A DNA stretch of 64,000 nucleotides, from contig QPMI01000241.1 of NCBI GenBank assembly GCA_004431415.1, positions 98,853 to 162,852 on the forward strand. Reading direction: 5' to 3'. A program made the position numbers and the translations under genes. Under the pieces are notes generated by a model. That model was not told where the DNA came from and did no database searches. It saw nothing but the letters and a program-made list of their open reading frames with translations. Position 1 is the stretch's first letter. Each line of letters starts with the position of its first letter. This document shows positions 56,727 through 64,000 of the stretch, piece by piece. The stretch comes from Cyanophora paradoxa CCMP329. Taxonomy: Eukaryota > Plantae > Glaucophyta.

Positions 56727-59642
56727 CTAGGCGTGGGGGGCCCCGCCCCGGCCCTTCTCGGCCTCGAGGGCGGCCTTGAGCTCCGCCAGGGCCTCCACGT
56801 ACCGCGGCACCAGGCCCTCCAGCGCCCCCTTCTCCACCTGCCGGGCGCGGCTTAGGCGGGGCGGGGCGTGGGCGGGGGGCAGGGGGGAGGGGCCGGGCGC
56901 GCCTTGAAGGGCCGCACGCCCTCGTGCACCCGCTCCGCCTTCTGCAGCATCTCCTTGAAGTGCCGCACCTGCGAACGAAGTCAGGGGGTACCCCGGGGGG
57001 CGCGCGGGCGGGCGGCGCGCCTCGGGGTGGCGGAGGATGGAGAAGGTGGCGCCGGGGCGGCCGGCGCGCGCCGTGCGCCCCGCCCGGTGGATGTACGTCT
57101 TGATGTGCGCCGGCGCGTCGTAGTTCACCACGGCCTGGCCGGTGCGCGTCGGGGGGGCCCGGCGAGGGGAGGGGGGAGAGCGGGGGGTACGCGGCGCGCC
57201 TCGATGCCGGCCACGTCGATACCGCGCGCCATGGCGTCCGAGCAGACGAGCCTGGGGGTACCGAATCGGCTCAAGGCAAGCGGGGTACGGGAAAGGGGCG
57301 GAGCGGGCGTACACGTTGACGTCGTCGCCAGCGCGGAAGCGGCCGAGGATGGCCGTTCTCTCCTTCTGGGGGAGCAGGCTGGCGGGGGGTACGGCGTCGG
57401 CTGCGCGAAGAGGCAGGGGAGGGATCGGACGGGATTGGGGGGCACCTGGAGTACTCGGCGACCTTGAATCCGCCGTAGAGTTCCAGGAGCTTGTAGAGCC
57501 TGGGGGTACAAGATAAATACGTACAGGGGTACAGGGTCCGACGGGAGGGGGTACCTGTGCGAGGACTCGACGGAGTGCGTGAAGACGATCGTCGAGCGGA
57601 AGTCCTGGCGGGAAGGGTCGGGCGGGGCGGTCCGGGGGGTACAGGGCTCGCACGTTGGTGCGGAGGAGGTGGATGAGGACGAGCGGCTTCTCCCCCGCCT
57701 CGCAGACCGCCAGGTACTCCTGCGGGGGGTACACGATCAAAAGGCAGGAGAGGGTGGCCGAGGGGAGGGTGGGATTAGCGCACGGCGAGCTGGATCGGGG
57801 TGCGGTACTTCCCGGTGGCGGTGGCCGCAAAGAAGCGGGGGTACAGGAGGCGCAGGGACGCGACCTGCGGGGCGGAGGCTCGGCGGGCGTTCTCCAGGAA
57901 CTCGTACCCCCTTTCGCACCTTCTGGGGGTTCTTAGAGAGGGTGGCGCTGAAGAGAAGCTTGCGGACCTGGGGGTGCGAGGTGAGCCTGGGGTATGCGGT
58001 GCCCGAGCGGGCCGGGACGGGGCGCACGGGCGGGGGGTTCGGGAAGGCGGTGAGGACCGCGAAGTGGGCCCCGGAGGCGGGGGCCGGGGCGGGGGCGGGG
58101 GCCGGGCCGCCGCCGCCGGCCTCCTCCCCCCCGAAGCGCTCGGCGGCCGAGCGGGCGGCGATCGCCGCGTGCACGGTCCCCAGCCACTGGTGGTACGACT
58201 GCGCGGGCGGGCGGGCGGGCGCGGGGATCAGCCTCGGGGCGGGGGAGGAAGGGGTGCGCCGGGGCTGCGGGCCTGCATGAGGAGGCGGTCGGCCTCGTCG
58301 ATGACGAGGAAACGGAGGGCGGCGAGCGAGAGGCAGGGCCCCGCCCCCGCCCCGGCCCCGGCCCCGGCGCCGGCGCCCGAGGAGGGCCGCAGGTGGTCCA
58401 TGAGGCGCCCCGGCGTGCACACCACCACGTCCACGCCGCGCCTGCAGGCGAGGGGCGGAGGGCGGATTCGTTTGGAGGGGCACGAGCAGACGAGATCAGA
58501 GAGGGGCACCCGTGCGGGGCGAGGAGGCGGCGCTGCTCCTCGGGGAACGGGATACCCCCGACGGCGACCTCCACCTGGAGGGGGGTACGGGATCGGCCGC
58601 GGGTCCGGGGGGACCGGGAGGCGCGGAGAGTGGTACCGTGAGGGAGAGGGCCTCGCAGAAGGGACGGAAGACAGAGGCGACCTGGGGGGGAGAAGTAAGG
58701 GGGCGCGGATCGCCCGGAGGGGCGCGGGAGCTCGCCTGCAGGGCCAGGTCGCGCGTGGGTACGATGCACAGGGCCCGGAGCCGCTGCGTCGCCCGGCCGG
58801 CCAGGGACTGCGGCGTGCGCGATCAGAGGGCGCGGGCGCGGGCGCGCGGGCGGGGCGGGGCGGGGGCGGGGGCGCGCCTGGACGATGGGGAGCACGTAGG
58901 CGAGCGTCTTGCCGCTGCCCGTCGGCGCCGAGACGCACACGTCGCCGCCGTAACCGTCCTCCAGCACCGCCCGCGTCACCGCCTCCTGCGCACGAAGTCA
59001 GCCCCGCCGGCGTCGCGGGCGGCGCGGAGGCGCGCGCCTGGACTTCAAAGAGGGCGTCGATGCCGAGCGAGGCGAGCGTGGCGACGATGCGCGCGTCGAG
59101 GCGCAGCGCGGCGGCCGCCTCGGCGACCGGCACACGCACGTCGTCACGCACGACGCGCCCGCGCTTCATCCACGCCGGCAGCACCGCCGCGCTCGCCTCC
59201 GGCGTGTCCGGCTTCTCTTTTCCCCGCTTTTCCTTCAGCGACGGGCCCAGGCTCGCTGCGCCCCCGTCGGACCCGGGCCGGCGCCGCGCGATCCCGACGC
59301 GGCAGGGGCCACCGCACCGCCGAAGATCGGGAGCGCCGCGGGCTCTGGAGGCGGCTCCGGCGAGGCCTTGGCATCCTCGGCATCCTTTAACCCCGCCTCC
59401 GATCGCTCCTGCTGATCGGCGGCCTCCTCGCCGCCCGCAGTCCGCTTGCGCTTCACGGGCTTGGCGGGCGAGGGCTCTGCACGGGGGCGCTTGATCGGGC
59501 CTACGGGGTAGCTAGGCGCCGCGCCCAGCGCACCGGGCTCGCTCTCGGCCTCGCTGCCGCGCGTCTTCTTCTCCTTCTTCCGCTTGTGCGTCGCATCGGC
59601 CTTCTCCGGCGCATCCTTGTCCGCTCTCGCCTTCTTTCCCAT
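56727..59642 (-). CDS. DDX51: DEAD-box RNA helicase DDX51/Dbp6 (ribosome biogenesis); spliced
   Basis: VLPAWM, LFEVQ (Q motif), DVCVSAPTGSGKTLAYVLPIVQ, RALCIVPTRDLALQ, VVCTPGRLMDHL, LRFLVIDEADRLLMQ-SYHQWL, KLLFSATL, VCSDAMARGID, YIHRAGRTARAG. Confidence 0.93.
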
Positions 59643-59742
59643 CTCGCTTGCGTCCGCCAGGCGCCGGCGACAGCAGTCTCAGTTCGCTTCGACGGGTACG
59701 GCAAAGCCGCCACGTTTCGGAAAAACTGGTCCAGCGGGGTCC
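59643..59742. promoter_or_regulatory. Candidate ~100-bp bidirectional promoter between DDX51 and the EamA gene
   Basis: Head-to-head ATGs at 59642 (-) and 59743/59755 (+). Confidence 0.5.
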
Positions 59743-61682
59743 ATGGAGCGGTCAATGGCAGATCGCAGACACAGAAGCGCGGCGCTGTTCTCGGCGGGCT
59801 TCTTCGTGGGCCCTCACGCGACGCGCGGCGTGGCCGTGAACGCGCGCCTCGCGTCCTGCCGCCAGCAGCCTCCGCGGGCCCTGCAGCGATCATACTTCCT
59901 TGGCGCGCAGCCTGAGGCCCGCAGCTTCGGGGCGCGCGCCGCCCGGCGCGGATCGCCGATGTCACGCGCGCTGCGCGCCCTGGGGCCCCACGAACGGCGA
60001 CCGCGGACGCCGGCTTCAGGATCGCCTTACAGCGATGTGACCGTGGCGACGGTGGAGCCGTCGCCAGTCGAGGAGTCCGAGGCGGAGGCGAGCACCAGCG
60101 AAGCGCCCGCGCAGGTTCACACGCCGGCCGCCCAGCAGCCACCGCGGAGCGCGCGCTCAGCGGGCCTCAGGATGCTCTGCTGCCGGTGGTGCTGCTGAAC
60201 GTGGCGGCGGTGATCTGGGGCAGCCAGCACGCCGTCATCAAGGACGCCGTCGAGGCCCGCCGGCGCCGCCCCTGCGCCGCCCGAGACGCGCCGCGCTGAC
60301 CGGCCGCGGCGCGCCGCAGACGGTGTCGCCGGGGCTGCTGAACCTGTGCCGCTTCGGGCTGGCGGCGGCGACCTTCCTCCCGTTCCTCCCGCGCGACGCC
60401 GCGACGTGGCGCGCCGGCGGCGAGCTCGGCCTCTACATGTTCGGCGGCTTCGTCCTCCAGGCCCGCCCCGTACCCCCGCACACGTCCTGTACCCCTTCCC
60501 GCCCCGCCCCCGCCGACCGGGCCCCGCCGCAGTCCATCGGCCTCCAGATGACTACCGCCTCCCGCTCCGCCTTCCTCCTGTCCGCCGTACCCCCCGCCCG
60601 GCCCCTCCCGTGCCGATGCTGATGCACCGTACCCCGCAGCTACCTCAACGTGAAGGTCCGGCGCCCGATCGGGGTACCGCCGCGCCCTCGCCGCGCCTCA
60701 GCGCGGGTACCCCCCGCAGTTCGTCCCCATCCTGGGTGCCCTCCTCTTCGGGCGCCGCATCGGCCTCGAGGTGCGGGGCGCCCGCGAAAGGGGCCCGCAC
60801 GCCCCGCCTGACCCCCCGGCAGGTCTGGGCGTCGGCGGCGGTGGCGCTGTCCGGCACCCTGCTCCTCGCGTACGACGGCCTGCCCCCCAACGTGCGCCCC
60901 CTCCCCCCCTCGCCCCTCCCGAGCAGGCCCGACGCATCTTTGCGGGGCAGGAGGGGGACGCGTGGAGCGTGCTGGCGGCGCTGGTGTCGGCCCTCTTCAT
61001 CCTCCGCCTCGAGGGCTTCGCCGCCCGCCACGAGGCCGCGCCCCTTAACGCCGCCAGGCCCGCCCCGCCCGCCCGCCCCGCCCCCCCAGCCCGCCCCCCG
61101 CCCCGACGCCCGCCCCGGCAGCCTCTGGACGACGGTGGCGCTCTCGGCGGGGTACGTGGCGGCGATGGAGGGCGTCCCCAACCTCGCCGACGTCGAGGGC
61201 CTCTGGGACCAGGCCCGCCTACCCCCCCCCCCCCCCCCGCCTTCCCCCCCCCGCGCCGCCGCTGAGGGGCCGCAGGCGGCGCCGATCGCGTTCCTGGGGC
61301 TCGTGGTGACGGCCCTCTCCAACTTCATCCAGACCGTCGGCCAGCGCTACGTCTCCGCCGAGAAGGCCCGCGGCCCCGCAGCCCCGCCGCCCCGCCCGCG
61401 CCCCGCCGCTGAGGCCGCCTCCCCCCCCTGGCAGGCGTCGCTGATCTTCGCGCTGGACCCGGTCTACGGTGCCGTCTTCTCCTACTTCATCCTCGGCGAG
61501 ACCGTCCGCCCCGCCCCGCCCCGCCCCGCCCGCCCTCCCGGGCGCCAGGCGGGCGGGCCCGAGCGGGGCGGGCGGGGCGGCAGCTCGGGCCGCGCGGCCT
61601 CGCCGGCTCGGCCCTCGTCGTCGGCGCCGCCATCTACTCGCAGCTCGCCGGCCGCACCCGCAGCGCCCCCGGCGCCAGGTAG
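59743..61682 (+). CDS. EamA/DMT-family transporter with probable plastid transit peptide; 12 exons
   Basis: [108 protein letters not shown]. R/A/S-rich N-extension with AGFFVG and RSYFLGA. Confidence 0.9.
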
Positions 61683-62259
61683 CCCCGGCCTCCCGCGCCC
61701 CGTACGCGGGGCGCCCGCCCGGCGCCATTCTCCGAGCCGGAACGGAAAGTATTGTCTTCGGATTCGATTGATGCGCATCACAGCATATTGAGATGCACAT
61801 TAATATCAATAATCGAAAGCTCTGAAAACAGCGGGAAAAGGTTGAAGGCCTTCACTAAGTTAAGCTTGCTTGAAAATACATCGTGACTAGTACAAGTGTC
61901 CCACGAATTAAATATTGTCGAACCGCATCTACATTCGCCCTTCGCAAAAAGGGGGAACGAGCGACGGAAGTTCAAAAATGATACGAAGGGGCTGATAATG
62001 AACTGGAGGTAACGATAAAACTGTTACTGTAACAGGTTTGTTTGTTAAGGTATTTAATGGGCGGATGCGGAGGGGGTCGAATTCGAAGCGGAGGGGGCGG
62101 GGTGGAGCGGCGCGTGCAAGGACTACGCGGACGAAGAGACGAAGGAGGGGCACAACGGCGGCGAGCGGCCTCGAGGAGAGGCGCGGGGCGCGCATGGCAC
62201 TGAGAAAGCGAGGAAAGCCTTGGAGAGGCGGGGCCGGGGCGGCGGGGCGGGGCGGGGCC

Positions 62260-64000
62260 TCAGGGGAGGAGCCCCGCGCGGGCGCGCGCCAGCGCCTCGC
62301 GCACCCGCCGCACCCGGCGGGCGTCGGGGGGAAGAGGCGCGGGAACTTGCCGTAGAGCTGCGCCCGGGGCGCGTCAGGCCGGGGGGAGGGGCGCGCGGGG
62401 CGGGGCGGGCGGCGCGCCTCGAGGCTCTGCTCGAGGACGGCGGCGGCCTCGGGGCAGCGCCCCGTGCGCCACAGCGTGTCCCCTGCCCGCCCCGCCCCGC
62501 CCCGCAGGCTCGCACACCGAGGCCTCATCGCGGGCGGGCGGGGCGGGCGGGGCGGGGGCACCGTAGGCCCAGAGGAGGTGCGCCTGGAGGGGCGTCTCGT
62601 TCCTGCGGGGCGGCTCAGGGAGGGCCGAGGGGGCGGCACGGGCGGGCGGGCGGGGGGCGGGCCGGCGGTCTACGAGGCGGAAGACGAAGGTGAGGGTTTT
62701 GATGAGCCGCAGCGTCGCCTCCACGGGGAACTGCCCGCTGCGGTACCCCGTCGGCACGGGGGGAGGGAGGGGGGTAGTAGGAGGAAGGGAGGCCACCTTA
62801 TCCACCACCAGGTTCGCGTGTAGCCCTGCGGGGCGCAAGGGTCGGTGGGGGCCGATGCGAGGGGCGTGGCGGGGGCGGGGCGGGGCGGGGCCGCACGACG
62901 GCGTCGAAGTCGCTGTACCCCAGGAGGCCGTGCTCCTTGGCGTAGTCCACCGCCGCCCGGAAGGCCCGGTACGACGCCACGAACCGCCCTGCCGGCACCC
63001 CGCCTTCAGGCGCGGCGGCAGAGCGGGGCGGGAGGGGGCGGGGCGGCGGCGCACGGGCGCGGCTCAGGGCGAAGAATTTCGTCTGCGGGGACAGGCGGGC
63101 CGGCCCCGGTCGGGCCGGGGAGCGAAGGGGCCGGGGCATGCCCGCACCACCATGATGCGGTAGATGCGGGGCCTGCGCCCGCGGCGGGGCGGGGGCGTCA
63201 GTCGGGGGGAGGGGTCCCGGGCCCGAGGCCGGGCCGGGGTCGGGCCGGGCCCCGGGGGCGGACTTGGGGGGGTCTGCGAGGCGGAGGCACTTCTCGAGGG
63301 CCTGCTCCGTGAGCTCCACCTGCCGCGCGAAGCCACCCTTCTGCCCCTCCCGCAGCGCTGCGCCACGCTCAGCAAGGGCCCCGGCCCCGCGGGGCGGCGG
63401 GCGGGCGGGCGGACTCTCGGTGGTGAGGCCCTCGACGGCGAGGAGCTCGTCCTCGTCCCCCTCCGTGTACCAGTACATCCGCCTGTTCGCGGGCACGTCA
63501 CGCCCTGCGGCGCGCCCGCGCGGGGCGGGCGGGCGCACGAGAGGAAGTGGTCCGCCATCTCGGGCTTCCCCGTGAAGACTGCGCGTGCGCGGGGCGGGGG
63601 GGTCGGCCGCGCCGGCCCCGCTCGCCCCGGGCGGCGCCGGCCGGCGCCCTCGCACCGTGGACGAGGGCGAGGAAGCGGATGACGCGGGCCTCGGTGCGCG
63701 AGGGCGAGAGCCCGCTCTCCAGCAGCCGGCTCCACGCCTGCCCGCCCCCCCCGCCCCGCGCGCCTCAGCGGGGCGCCCGGGCCTCGCTCGAGGGAGGGCG
63801 GGGGCGCGGGCCTCGAAGAGGTCGTCGGAGGCGTCGCCGGGGCGGTACTCCATGAAGGCCACGCACGCCCGGCAGAAGAGCGCCTCCGCCAGCGCGCCCG
63901 CCTCCACCGGCCCCCGCGCCGTCTGCGCCTCGTTCTCGCACTGGAATGAAGCGGGGCGGGGGCGGCGGGGACGGGGGGCGGGAGAAGGGGCGCACGCCGC
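62260..64000 (-). CDS. C-terminal part of an alpha-helical (TPR-like) protein; 5' end outside the window
   Basis: Spliced helical exons ALAEALFCRACVAFMEYRPGDASDDLFE, GRFVASYRAFRAAVDYAKEHG, AHLLWAY-GDTLWRTGRCPEAAAVLEQSLE-LYGKF. Probable end RVREALARARAGLLP* requires a 1-nt frameshift or sequencing error. Confidence 0.55.

Noticed and set aside
1-64000. tRNA, rRNA or snRNA genes; autonomous transposase or RT genes
   Set aside because: None recognised by eye; a covariance-model search would be needed to exclude small RNAs.

Overview
This is GC-rich nuclear DNA from an intron-dense eukaryote, not a prokaryotic window. Most long ORFs in the track are shadow or read-through frames across ~60-90 nt introns. 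A plastid-transit-peptide-like N-terminus, short C-rich introns and very frequent GC-AG donors suggest a photosynthetic protist; it resembles the glaucophyte Cyanophora (inference only). Sixteen spliced genes were reconstructed by eye: subtilisin S8 (partial), NT-C2 coiled-coil protein, FN3-repeat type I membrane protein, exportin-T, two hypotheticals, C2-domain protein, F-box protein, SAP/HeH-like protein, NO VEIN-like DUF3883 nuclease, BCKDHA, bacterial-dynamin-like GTPase, DDX51/Dbp6, EamA transporter and a partial helical-repeat protein. Non-genic features are a poly(A) retro-insertion with a 14-bp target-site duplication (TSD) and a ~14.5-kb array of three 4.4-5.3 kb units built from exon-intron fragments. 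Most notable: (1) a NOV-like nuclease gene lacking the sacsin/GHKL ATPase and carrying a triplicated, exon-phased ~75-aa domain; (2) a recurrent 6-bp inverted-triplication indel (XYZ -> XYZ-revcomp-XYZ) seen six times between repeat copies, which could explain the palindromic intergenic DNA; (3) a U12-type AT-AC intron in exportin-T; (4) about half of introns in some genes using GC donors, plus a strand-biased intronic GTACCCC motif. Exon boundaries are manual and approximate.
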